Of a stretch of DNA of 64,000 nucleotides, positions 44,262 to 52,656 are shown piece after piece; within the stretch, counting starts at the first letter, position 1, and every line of letters starts with the position of its first letter. A program made the translations under genes and the position numbers. The notes beneath the pieces are model-generated. The model saw only the letters and a list, made by a program, of their open reading frames with translations, did no database searches and was not told where the DNA came from. The stretch lies in the IMG/VR virus record IMGVR_UViG_3300026274_000001; one strand, written 5' to 3'. This DNA comes from a virus. Lineage: Duplodnaviria; Caudoviricetes.

Positions 44262-44702
44262 TTATTTGGCTTTGTCAGGGAATATCATCATAGTGCGCAT
44301 GAATGGATCATATTCCATAAACGTAGTCATGTACATTTCTTTACCGCAAAAATACACTTTGTTGGTGCCACCACCAGCCACCTTACCGTCATACTTGCTC
44401 CATACGAAATCCGGAGCATACGGATCACCAGCGATTGCAACAAACCTCATCAGGTTCGCAGTCATTTCGTTATCGGTGCGGCTAGCGTGATGCTTGAGCC
44501 CTTTGTATTGATGTACCCCAAGTAAGCACAATTCCAAACCAACTTGACCCAGAATTACTTTAAGGATTTCATATTGCTCTCGGTATATACGTGAGAATCC
44601 GAAGTCGTCTGGGTGGCCTACGAATGTTTGGGTGGGGAATTTGAGCGTTTTCTTTTCGAAACCAGTTCGAATACGCGGGGGATAGTTGTGGGGATAATAC
44701 AC
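44262..44702 (-). CDS. hypothetical protein
   Basis: SD GGAGG; GTG start. Confidence 0.7.
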   Translation of the reverse strand: MYYPHNYPPRIRTGFEKKTLKFPTQTFVGHPDDFGFSRIYREQYEILKVILGQVGLELCLLGVHQYKGLKHHASRTDNEMTANLMRFVAIAGDPYAPDFVWSKYDGKVAGGGTNKVYFCGKEMYMTTFMEYDPFMRTMMIFPDKAK

Positions 44703-44711
44703 AGCACCTCC

Positions 44712-44759
44712 TGAAGTTTTACCATACTAGATGATAGCTTCAGTTGGTGCATAAATCAA
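44712..44759 (-). promoter_or_regulatory. early promoter, hairpin family
   Basis: TTGATT-17-TATCAT; TGA-N5-TCA; ATGGTAAAA at 44725. Confidence 0.8.
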
Positions 44760-44761
44760 AC

Positions 44762-45121
44762 TCAATCACCCTGCCATACAGCAGTCGGACAAAGTACCGC
44801 CAGGTGCATCATCTGAATCAACGCTATTTTCACGTTGCCTTCAGTGGCCTTCCAGTAATCTTCATCCGTATCATCTGCTAATTTACTAATAGCAGTGGCG
44901 ATAAGCGGCCAGGATTCCATTCCAGTTTTGCCGTACAGAACGCGAATGCCTTCTTCCGGGTCCAGAACCTTACGCAGGATCGCTCCATAGTTGTACGTGA
45001 TGTTGATGCTGGCGTGGTCATCACCGCCGACAACATACGTGCCTTGACGTAAGTCCAGCTTCATAGGAAGCTTCGCACAGTCACCAGTCTTCTGATCAAT
45101 CAAATCAATATCATAACTCAT
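44762..45121 (-). CDS. hypothetical phage protein
   Basis: MSYDI...NITYNY...YWKATEGN. Confidence 0.75.
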   Translation of the reverse strand: MSYDIDLIDQKTGDCAKLPMKLDLRQGTYVVGGDDHASINITYNYGAILRKVLDPEEGIRVLYGKTGMESWPLIATAISKLADDTDEDYWKATEGNVKIALIQMMHLAVLCPTAVWQGD

Positions 45122-45503
45122 TTGCTGCCTCCACAAAATTTATATCTGACGGTTTCACCAGCGCATAGCAGCGTTTATTATGTCGATTACGGTTACAAAT
45201 CACAAAATAATTCTGTTTGATCACTTCATGAAATGCCCATTCAGGCACCTCTGATTTCCCAGCAGCAACTTGGCTTGGTGATCGTACCTGAACCTCATGG
45301 AACTGTCGTGTCTTACGTGTAACAAAGACCTTGTAAGGGTAGTGATCATACTTTGATTCCCCCTTGGTATAGACGCTACGGGGACCATTGAGCACATTAT
45401 GTGGTGCATAGATTAGGATACTAGTCCCTTCTTTTACCTCCCACATCACAAGCTCCTTGAAACTAAGAAGTTCAGATGATACGTGCAGGTGGCACAAAGT
45501 CAA
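45111..45503 (-). CDS. hypothetical protein
   Basis: Overlaps both neighbours; start uncertain. Confidence 0.6.
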   Translation of the reverse strand: MTLCHLHVSSELLSFKELVMWEVKEGTSILIYAPHNVLNGPRSVYTKGESKYDHYPYKVFVTRKTRQFHEVQVRSPSQVAAGKSEVPEWAFHEVIKQNYFVICNRNRHNKRCYALVKPSDINFVEAANEL

Positions 45504-45904
45504 GCATTGTCATTCGACATCAAATATCGGCGATCGAGTTCTTCATCCAGTATTGCATCAAGTGCATTAGCTCTTAGGATTGCTTGCGGTCCGAAGAATG
45601 CTTCTATCGCAAGCTCTCCGTGATCGTTTTCAATATAGTAGCGCACCAGAGCATATCGCTGCGCGTCTGAGCGATTGATCTCAGACTCAGCAGCTAATCT
45701 TTTAATAAGCTTAGCATCACTATGGCGCGTCATTTGATCGACGGTAATTAGCTGTTCCAAGCTGTCGCGCTCTTGTACCAATGAATTCATTTCATGTTGC
45801 ATTAATAACCAATTAATGCCAAAGCCAAGACCAAATACAACCGCTAGCCCAATAATGAAACAAACATCAACAAGGTAATTACTATCAATTATTTGATTCA
45901 TCAT
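45500..45904 (-). CDS. membrane-anchored hypothetical protein
   Basis: N-terminal TM; ATGA overlap with upstream gene. Confidence 0.65.
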   Translation of the reverse strand: MMNQIIDSNYLVDVCFIIGLAVVFGLGFGINWLLMQHEMNSLVQERDSLEQLITVDQMTRHSDAKLIKRLAAESEINRSDAQRYALVRYYIENDHGELAIEAFFGPQAILRANALDAILDEELDRRYLMSNDNA

Positions 45905-46083
45905 AATACACGCTTGCAAGTGGCAGTAAAGGTTTGTGTTGTTCCATCTTGTACGGTGGAATATGAAGTGGTATTCCACTTACAAGCACGGAAGAATGCT
46001 TGGGCACCCTGTTGTGCATAGCTGGTATTGTCACACGCAGATAAGGTAAATGCGCAAATTGCGATTAGAATTATAGTTTTCAT
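45901..46083 (-). CDS. small lipoprotein
   Basis: Lipobox LSAC. Confidence 0.7.
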   Translation of the reverse strand: MKTIILIAICAFTLSACDNTSYAQQGAQAFFRACKWNTTSYSTVQDGTTQTFTATCKRVL

Positions 46084-46379
46084 TTAATGATGATAGTTGC
46101 GTTTGGTCGGCGATCACGAATAAAGTCGGCTACTGGAACACCAGCTGCTTCGTAAGCCCGAATTTCAATTGTGATTATTTCCCAATCACTTGGTATACGA
46201 TATATTTCAATAGCATTTTTATTATGAGTATATTCTTTCAAGTAATTGAAATGACTCATCAATCCACCAATGTTGGTCCATGTCTTCCCGTTCTTAGACC
46301 AACTTGGCGGTTTACCACCAGTTGAATAAAGCCCAGTTGTGCGACTTCTAATTTTGTAATGCAGGAGCATGTCGGCCAT
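46080..46379 (-). CDS. hypothetical phage protein
   Basis: YKIRSRTTGLYSTGG..P.WSK.GKTW. Confidence 0.7.
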   Translation of the reverse strand: MADMLLHYKIRSRTTGLYSTGGKPPSWSKNGKTWTNIGGLMSHFNYLKEYTHNKNAIEIYRIPSDWEIITIEIRAYEAAGVPVADFIRDRRPNATIIIK

Positions 46380-46387
46380 ATGCTAGA

Positions 46388-46558
46388 TCACTTGCTATTG
46401 ATTTTGCTGATAGCGTCTTCTTGAGTGGTTACACCAAGTTGCTTGTAGATGACGTGCAGATTGTGGTGATTCTTACCGAACCACTTATCAAATTTAACAC
46501 CCAGATAGATACCAAGTGCAAGAATGGCAATGCCACCAAGATCAAAGAGGAAAAACAT
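46388..46558 (-). CDS. small membrane protein (56 aa)
   Basis: SD AAGGA; TM then HLHVIYKQLGVTTQEDAI; not in the supplied track. Confidence 0.6.
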   Translation of the reverse strand: MFFLFDLGGIAILALGIYLGVKFDKWFGKNHHNLHVIYKQLGVTTQEDAISKINSK

Positions 46559-46573
46559 GTGAGTCCTTTATTA

Positions 46574-47014
46574 TTAATTGAAAACGTATTCCAGCTTACC
46601 AGTGCGATACTTACCTTTATCCACTCGACTCAAATCAAAGTTGAAGTGATTAACGAACGCTCGACTATATGAATGAATCATTTCTTCAGCAACGGTGCAG
46701 TGCGGTTTATCAGTGTCAAGAATCTTGAGCATCTTCTCGATCAAGTGCAACCCCGTTCCTTTGTTTTGATAACTGGGTAACACTCGAACACATCGCAATT
46801 TGGTTTCATCAGGGGTGACCTTGCCGAGTGCAACTCCGACAATTTGTTCGTGTTCCTTTGCCAGAAGAAGCACGTCATCACCCGTGATCAACCCAGGAAT
46901 CATTGTGTTTACATACCAGTATTCAAAATCTGGGTAAAGCTCAGTCAAACTGTTGAGGATCGGCAAAACGTTGAATGCCTCAACGAATGACTTTGACTGG
47001 TGATATTCAATCAT
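46574..47014 (-). CDS. GNAT acetyltransferase
   Basis: IVGVALG...KLRCVRVLPSYQNKGTGLHL. Confidence 0.85.
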   Translation of the reverse strand: MIEYHQSKSFVEAFNVLPILNSLTELYPDFEYWYVNTMIPGLITGDDVLLLAKEHEQIVGVALGKVTPDETKLRCVRVLPSYQNKGTGLHLIEKMLKILDTDKPHCTVAEEMIHSYSRAFVNHFNFDLSRVDKGKYRTGKLEYVFN

Positions 47015-47030
47015 TTACACCACGCAAAAT

Positions 47031-47057
47031 AAAAGGTGCCATATTGTGGCACCTTTT
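47031..47057. terminator. intrinsic terminator
   Basis: AAAAGGTGCCA-TATTG-TGGCACCTTTT. Confidence 0.8.
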
Positions 47058-47077
47058 ATGAATGGCATCAAGCGTAA

Positions 47078-47458
47078 TTAAAGATCTGGAACTTCGTCCC
47101 CGAATACGTTACCGATCATCACCTTACACACAGCTTCACCTAACGTGGGACCCTGGTATCTAATTCGACCACTGGTCGCGTCATACGCTCTTGGTCCCTT
47201 TGGTCCCTTTTCAAATCCCTTGCTAGCATACTTGCATAATGGGATTGCGTAGATATCATTGCTGCTCATCGTTCCAAACATTGATTGAGCGTCGTTGTAC
47301 GGTTCATATTTCATGAACCTGATCTCAGTACTGTTGAAGTCTTGCAACGTGTATTTAAACAAGCATTCGCCCTTCTCCATTTTCACCAGATCTTTCGCCC
47401 CGGTGGCAACTGCAAACCAGTATGACAGCAACGGCCCAGACAAATCATTAGTTTTCAT
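47078..47458 (-). CDS. DUF2591-family phage protein
   Basis: MKTNDLSGPLL.YW.A...GPTLGEAVCK...FGDEVPDL. Confidence 0.75.
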   Translation of the reverse strand: MKTNDLSGPLLSYWFAVATGAKDLVKMEKGECLFKYTLQDFNSTEIRFMKYEPYNDAQSMFGTMSSNDIYAIPLCKYASKGFEKGPKGPRAYDATSGRIRYQGPTLGEAVCKVMIGNVFGDEVPDL

Positions 47459-47642
47459 CTAATACCTGTAGTTGATGTTCTGCTTCATGAAGTTTGATAC
47501 GAAGAGCATCGCGCTCTTCGGTCAAATTGCCGACCATCATTGCAATGTCGGTCAGAAAGGCCTCAGTATTGCCTTTATGCGTATTGAGTAGTGTTCGGAT
47601 CTCGGTCCGATAGAACCGAAGTTCACTGTGAGTCAATGCCAT
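47448..47642 (-). CDS. hypothetical protein
   Basis: Operon context. Confidence 0.6.
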   Translation of the reverse strand: MALTHSELRFYRTEIRTLLNTHKGNTEAFLTDIAMMVGNLTEERDALRIKLHEAEHQLQVLDEN

Positions 47643-47759
47643 ATTTTCACCTATCAAAAGAATAGTCCCGTTAAACACCATTTCAGTTAAATGATAACAT
47701 GAAACTAGTGCATTAACGGGACCGTGTTGTTTTCTTTTCCTTGACGGTTTTTCTTTTAC

Positions 47760-47966
47760 TTAGTCAGCCTGGTGGTAATCATATTTGGGCGAAATCGTCT
47801 CGTATTCAGGCTTTAACACTTTACATGGTGGCTTCATATTGGTTATTTCGAGTACCAATTCCTTTACTCGATTCTGAATGAATAACTGGCAGGTCGTCCA
47901 ACCGGCTTGCCCAATTTCATCAACTGCTCGTTTGTAAGCTGCAAGTTCTAGATTGTCAGAAACCAT
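47760..47966 (-). CDS. hypothetical protein
   Basis: SD GGAG. Confidence 0.55.
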   Translation of the reverse strand: MVSDNLELAAYKRAVDEIGQAGWTTCQLFIQNRVKELVLEITNMKPPCKVLKPEYETISPKYDYHQAD

Positions 47967-48089
47967 CAAATATCTCCAAGTTCTTTGTTGTATTGTTACT
48001 CCCCTGAGTGTCAATACTATACATAAACATAAACGCGGTAGTAGATACTAATGCAAAAAAATGTAAGGAAAGTTAACTGACTTGGACAT

Positions 48090-48125
48090 TGAAAATGACC
48101 ACAATCAAACTTGTGGTCATTTTCA
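48090..48125. terminator. 15-bp hairpin, probable terminator
   Basis: TGAAAATGACCACAA/TTGTGGTCATTTTCA. Confidence 0.7.
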
Positions 48126-48143
48126 ACTACCAGTGATTGTGAA

Positions 48144-48557
48144 TTAGGCGATAGCCGTCTCGCGCACTTTTGCTCTCGTTATCCGTCGGCCGTGTTTGTA
48201 CGTACTTTCCTTTACACGGATTGTATTTAGAATCACTACGGGTGGTTCTCTGACTATTACTGGACCAACAATTCCAATAGCCGCCGCCGCCCTCAATACT
48301 GCATATCGAGTAGCGCGAGCGGAATTATGGTTATGAACGTCGTGTTGCTCGATAAGCAATTGCACATGCCCCCCGTCAGCGTCAACTTTCGTAATTACCG
48401 TCTGCTTTTTAAAAGAATCAATACTTATATTCAACATTAGCGCTTGTGCCACTTCCAGTGTTTGCCGATCACATATAAGAGGATTGAAATACAGCATCTC
48501 TCCGATTGTTAATCCCATTGCGCGGGCGGCCATCTCTCGAAGTTCTTCATCGTTCAT
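48144..48557 (-). CDS. DUF2591-like phage protein
   Basis: FNPLICDRQTL...ATRYAVLRAAAAIG. Confidence 0.65.
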   Translation of the reverse strand: MNDEELREMAARAMGLTIGEMLYFNPLICDRQTLEVAQALMLNISIDSFKKQTVITKVDADGGHVQLLIEQHDVHNHNSARATRYAVLRAAAAIGIVGPVIVREPPVVILNTIRVKESTYKHGRRITRAKVRETAIA

Positions 48558-48574
48558 GTTGCACTCCATATGAA

Positions 48575-48940
48575 TTATGAGCTATTTGATCGCGACTTTA
48601 ATTTACCAATAAAAATCTTACATTGTGCAAATGTTTCGCTTGCAAACCCCAACTTATTCATTTCAACGACGTCATTCGTTTCGACCATATTCAAACAATG
48701 GTTAAGTAGACGTTTCATGTTGATGGTTGGCAATTCTCGATTCACCTGCGCGGCCTGTTGCTTCTGTTGTTGAGCAACTAGGTATTCACGCACCTCCAGT
48801 AGTTCACTTTTCGTGCCACTGTAGTCATTCCCATGGGCCCATTCAATAGCTCGATCGATTGAATAAAACCATTGTGGAAGAACTCCCGATGAAATTTCCA
48901 ACTCACCAAGCGAGCTATTGTTTTCTGAAGTATCGCTCAT
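48575..48940 (-). CDS. hypothetical protein
   Basis: SD GAGG. Confidence 0.65.
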   Translation of the reverse strand: MSDTSENNSSLGELEISSGVLPQWFYSIDRAIEWAHGNDYSGTKSELLEVREYLVAQQQKQQAAQVNRELPTINMKRLLNHCLNMVETNDVVEMNKLGFASETFAQCKIFIGKLKSRSNSS

Positions 48941-49093
48941 GTATTTCCTCAATTGCTTGGACAAGCACGTAAACTCTACGTTTCCGTGTTTGCGCATATA
49001 ATATGCATAAACTAGAAGTGAACCGCAACAACTAAAAACATCAAAACGTTGCATTTATGCAACCTGTACGTTACGCTAAGTTACCGTACATCG

Positions 49094-49582
49094 TTATTGC
49101 TGTTTCCGTAACGAACTCAGTTCTTTAAGTGCCTTACGAGCTATCTCTCTTAACTCATCAGGATCGTCGGTCTTAGATACCGCGATGGAGCCTATTGTCT
49201 GTATCAAGAGTTCTCTCTGGGTTTCCACGTTCAATTGATACGTCCCAACCTCCATGAATTTATTCAAGAACATCTCTATTACCTTCAGTTCTTGTAAAGA
49301 TGTGATATTTGGAGCTTTTATGGGAATTGGATTACGACATCTTGCATTGAGTGCATCATTGACCGCCTGTAGCACTGCTGGAGTAAAGGATGTGTCTATG
49401 ACTGCGTATGGGGAGAAGCCTTTATTACCGTAGACCATTGCAGCGCCTTCGAATTGACCCCAAGCGTAGTTGAAGCTCATGAACATGGTACCTGACCACA
49501 TCGCGACTGGGCCTAGTCTTCCGTCTCCGTAGTACCAGGCTCCTCGCTGCATATCTTCTAGTGGTAGTTCCATTGGAATCAT
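49094..49582 (-). CDS. hypothetical protein
   Basis: TAATG coupling. Confidence 0.7.
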   Translation of the reverse strand: MIPMELPLEDMQRGAWYYGDGRLGPVAMWSGTMFMSFNYAWGQFEGAAMVYGNKGFSPYAVIDTSFTPAVLQAVNDALNARCRNPIPIKAPNITSLQELKVIEMFLNKFMEVGTYQLNVETQRELLIQTIGSIAVSKTDDPDELREIARKALKELSSLRKQQ

Positions 49583-49983
49583 TATTCGTGTGGTACTTTT
49601 GATTTGTGTATGGTCAGGACTATTTCTGCCAGTTCTCTTGGTGTTTTTGCTTGGGCGAACATATTGAAATCGGTGTCATCGTAATCGACTCCAAATTCAT
49701 CTGTCAAATCCAGTTCGAGTTCGGCCATGCTTAGTGAATCTAATTCCAAGTAGTCGAAGGTATCATCCAGGTTTACTTCGGAGAAGCTACCAATCGATGC
49801 ATCGATTGATTCCAGGATTGTTTCTTGAATGTGTTCGATTTCGGTTAGTGCTGCTTTGATCAGCAGGTTTTTCAGATATGGTTTGATATCTTCGTATCGG
49901 ACCAGGGTATCTGGGGAGATGGTTGTCTCTTCGACCAGTTTTCCGTTTTCTAGTTTAAATGTTTTGAAGAGTGGTTGATTCAT
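49582..49983 (-). CDS. acyl carrier protein with N-terminal extension
   Basis: LDDTFDYLELDSLSMAELELDLTDEFGV...TPREL (DSL phosphopantetheine site). Confidence 0.8.
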   Translation of the reverse strand: MNQPLFKTFKLENGKLVEETTISPDTLVRYEDIKPYLKNLLIKAALTEIEHIQETILESIDASIGSFSEVNLDDTFDYLELDSLSMAELELDLTDEFGVDYDDTDFNMFAQAKTPRELAEIVLTIHKSKVPHE

Positions 49984-49985
49984 GA

Positions 49986-50402
49986 TTAATCCTTTGCTAT
50001 GATTGCTTCGATGGCTGAGATTGTTTTAAGCCATTCGCAATCATTGTGATGAGTTTCATTGTACACTGGGCTGACTGCGGCGCCACAGCTGGTGCAGAGT
50101 CCAGTAGCGTTATCGAATTCTCCGTCGTGTGCGAAGTCGTAAAGTTGTTTGAGCAGTGGCAAGGGGACTAGTGTCATAGTGCTACGGTAATTTTGATCCA
50201 CTACTTGAATCAACTCGTCATCCATTGCTTCGGAAAAGATTTCCGAGTTCCTATCGTCCCAGCCGTTATTCCACAGAATGCGAGCATCGCGTTGTTTGAA
50301 TGCGAAAGGATCGGTTTCATCAACGTGATGGGGATTGGCACTTCGTTTGACATTATTTGAACGAGCGTTGCGCCCTTCGTAATATGCTTCTGGCATAGTC
50401 AT
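49986..50402 (-). CDS. RMF-like motif protein with C-terminal Zn-binding motif
   Basis: AYYEGRNARSNN...NPH...WNNGW; CTSC...H..C. Confidence 0.6.
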   Translation of the reverse strand: MTMPEAYYEGRNARSNNVKRSANPHHVDETDPFAFKQRDARILWNNGWDDRNSEIFSEAMDDELIQVVDQNYRSTMTLVPLPLLKQLYDFAHDGEFDNATGLCTSCGAAVSPVYNETHHNDCEWLKTISAIEAIIAKD

Positions 50403-50632
50403 TCTGTTTTCTCCAAGTATCCGGCGAAGACTGCATCTTTATCCTCGTAGCCGCGATTCCATTCAGCTTTGCATTGTTGCTGGGTGGGGAACACGTACAG
50501 ATGTTCCTTGTATGGGCCGTAGGGATTATCGCTTTTGGGGAAGTTACCCAGACGTGCAAGGACACCCTGATAGTAATAGGGTTTGAGGGCTGTTCTAAGC
50601 CGCAGATGAACGTGATCGTAATATGTGGTCAT
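50399..50632 (-). CDS. RMF (ribosome modulation factor)-like motif protein
   Basis: YYQGVLARLGN...NPY...EWNRGY. Confidence 0.6.
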   Translation of the reverse strand: MTTYYDHVHLRLRTALKPYYYQGVLARLGNFPKSDNPYGPYKEHLYVFPTQQQCKAEWNRGYEDKDAVFAGYLEKTE

Positions 50633-50946
50633 TCAGATTCTCCTTTAGTGAAGCCTCGTTTAATCAACCACTGTTCGATCGTTTTGTAGTGGAATACTGG
50701 ACCACCGTTCAGATCAGCAATAGGCTGCGGGAAGTCTTTATGTCGCCTGCGCCAGTTACTGACTGCTTGTCGGGTCAATCCCACCATGTTTGCGATCTCA
50801 GTCACTCCTACGAGATTAGCTACTGATAGTGATTCTTCAAAGTGTTGCTTCAAATCCATGTAATCACTGTAGGACACATACTGTCCTATTCTACTTTCAT
50901 CCATCTCATACATCCGGTCCCAACTGGGATCGTATCTTGTTACCAT
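50629..50946 (-). CDS. AlpA/excisionase-like HTH DNA-binding protein
   Basis: VGVTEIANMVGLTRQAVSNWRRRHKDFPQP...VF....IEQW. Confidence 0.8.
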   Translation of the reverse strand: MVTRYDPSWDRMYEMDESRIGQYVSYSDYMDLKQHFEESLSVANLVGVTEIANMVGLTRQAVSNWRRRHKDFPQPIADLNGGPVFHYKTIEQWLIKRGFTKGESE

Positions 50947-51053
50947 GTGTCACCTTTACATCATTGGATGGCTTGTGGTGCGCGCCATTCTAGTTATTAA
51001 GCACCCACACTATATCGATATTCTGGTACGTGTGGTGAGCTTTGTACGACGTC

Positions 51054-51317
51054 TTACCAGGGATTGTCGTTTGAGCTTGGCTTGACTGTTACTGAATCTG
51101 CCCCAGTTGTGAATGATTTGCATCGATAGCTCAAGCTGTCATCATCGGCAAGGGTGAGACCAACTTCGACTCTAACGACGTCATCGTGCTGGTAATAGTC
51201 TTGGCCGTGGGTCACCGATACCTCAACGGTCAAGTTTTCCTTCAGGTACGACCTGATTGCGCCTTTGAATGCGTCTGAGGCGAACAGTTGTTCCATGTCT
51301 TCTTCGCTGAACGTCAT
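51054..51317 (-). CDS. hypothetical protein
   Basis: SD AGGAG. Confidence 0.7.
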   Translation of the reverse strand: MTFSEEDMEQLFASDAFKGAIRSYLKENLTVEVSVTHGQDYYQHDDVVRVEVGLTLADDDSLSYRCKSFTTGADSVTVKPSSNDNPW

Positions 51318-51335
51318 AGCGTTCTCCTATCTATA

Positions 51336-51374
51336 ATATGGAATCATGATACGTTCATGTGAAAACCATATCAA
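51336..51374 (-). promoter_or_regulatory. early promoter, hairpin family
   Basis: TTGATA-17-TATCAT; ATATGG/CCATAT arms; CACATGA-N5-TCATG. Confidence 0.85.
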
Positions 51375-51802
51375 GCTTGAAGGTAATTGAAGCCAGAATA
51401 AGAATTGAGTTTGGCAAGAACTGCCATTGCCGCCCCGCTAATTGGCTTAACGATACGCTCATGTCTGTGATGAACATGGTAGTCCTTATCGTCACCTTCT
51501 TTGCGGAAAAGCATTGAATGCATGGGCATGTATTTACCACCCCAAGGAGTCTTGTATCCGTATTTGTTCTCGTAATCTTCCATGTCAAACACTACCGTCC
51601 AGCGTGGGCCGAAGGGTTTGCCATGATCGTTGAGAAAGCGAAATCGTTCACCATTTTGTAGATGGCACAATTGCACCCGTTGCGCCAAATTGCCATCTGC
51701 TTGCCAATCAGCGTGCCTATCATGGTATTTGAACGGGATGCCTTGTGCTAACCTTTCCGCTTTACTGAGTTTTATAGGTTTGCGGCTAGGATTCATCAAC
51801 AT
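51371..51802 (-). CDS. hypothetical protein
   Basis: SD GGAGG. Confidence 0.7.
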   Translation of the reverse strand: MLMNPSRKPIKLSKAERLAQGIPFKYHDRHADWQADGNLAQRVQLCHLQNGERFRFLNDHGKPFGPRWTVVFDMEDYENKYGYKTPWGGKYMPMHSMLFRKEGDDKDYHVHHRHERIVKPISGAAMAVLAKLNSYSGFNYLQA

Positions 51803-51904
51803 TCACAGACCTCCTCCAAAGTTATTTCTGGCGCTTGTATTGACTAAGAGCATAACAGCAGTTGCCACAATAACGACAGCAATTTTTGCGAGAATAATGG
51901 TCAT
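51803..51904 (-). CDS. small membrane peptide (33 aa)
   Basis: MTIILAKIAVVIVATAVMLLV...; fills the gap between genes. Confidence 0.45.
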   Translation of the reverse strand: MTIILAKIAVVIVATAVMLLVNTSARNNFGGGL

Positions 51905-51905
51905 T

Positions 51906-52325
51906 TTAGAGGAGTCCCATCAGTTTGAGAACTTTGTCACGAGTTTCGATTGTCATACCGCAACGAAGAATGGATGTATCAAGCTCTGTTTCCTCCAGGC
52001 GCCGCTCCAGATTACGAGGAGTGCACAGACCATCATCGTGAAGGCAAGCAGCCAAAGTATTGATAACTGCCTGGCCTGAAACACAACGATAATGTGCCTC
52101 ACGCTTTTCATTGACATATTCAACGAATACAATTCTCGGCATGGGAACACGAAGCAGCATCAATTTCAGGATATTTTCATCAATTGTGTGTTCGATGTTG
52201 GTGATAGGCATGTTTCGAATAACCTCGAGTGCCACTCGGTTGCGTCGTTCCATAACGTCAACGGGGCTAGAAGTAACCGGTTCCATATCACCAAAACTTT
52301 GAAGTTGTTCAGTCAAATTGATCAT
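51906..52325 (-). CDS. degenerate DUF262/ParB-like domain protein
   Basis: LMLLRVPMPRIVF...YRCVSGQAVINTL (compare YxVIDGQQRLTTL). Confidence 0.5.
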   Translation of the reverse strand: MINLTEQLQSFGDMEPVTSSPVDVMERRNRVALEVIRNMPITNIEHTIDENILKLMLLRVPMPRIVFVEYVNEKREAHYRCVSGQAVINTLAACLHDDGLCTPRNLERRLEETELDTSILRCGMTIETRDKVLKLMGLL

Positions 52326-52339
52326 TTCTTATCCCTTGT

Positions 52340-52639
52340 TTAATCTTCGTCGTCTGGGAAATCTTCAGCATCTTGTTGAATCGCGTTCCACAATGCTTCT
52401 TTTACGATCACTTCCCACAAAAAGCCATCGGGGTGATCTTCGTTGAACATGTCAACTTCGACAAACTTAAGTGGAACATTGTGATCCAGAGCGAAGTTGT
52501 TTGCTTGCGTAATAACTTCGTCAATTTCTTCTTCCGTGAAGTCACTGAACAACTCCAGAAATTCTTGAAAAACGCGATCAGTTGGGAAATATTGTTCCAG
52601 TTCATCATCACGTAGTGACTGTACTTGCTTGTTCACCAT
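52340..52639 (-). CDS. highly acidic hypothetical protein
   Basis: About 28 D/E vs 5 K/R in 99 aa (hand count). Confidence 0.75.
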   Translation of the reverse strand: MVNKQVQSLRDDELEQYFPTDRVFQEFLELFSDFTEEEIDEVITQANNFALDHNVPLKFVEVDMFNEDHPDGFLWEVIVKEALWNAIQQDAEDFPDDED

Positions 52640-52656
52640 TTCTGTTCCCCTTGTTT

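Noticed and set aside
19500-49027. Shared 12-mer TGCGGTTCACTT in two intergenic regions (about 19501 on +, about 49016 on -)
   Set aside because: Only two copies and no consistent position relative to starts; could be chance
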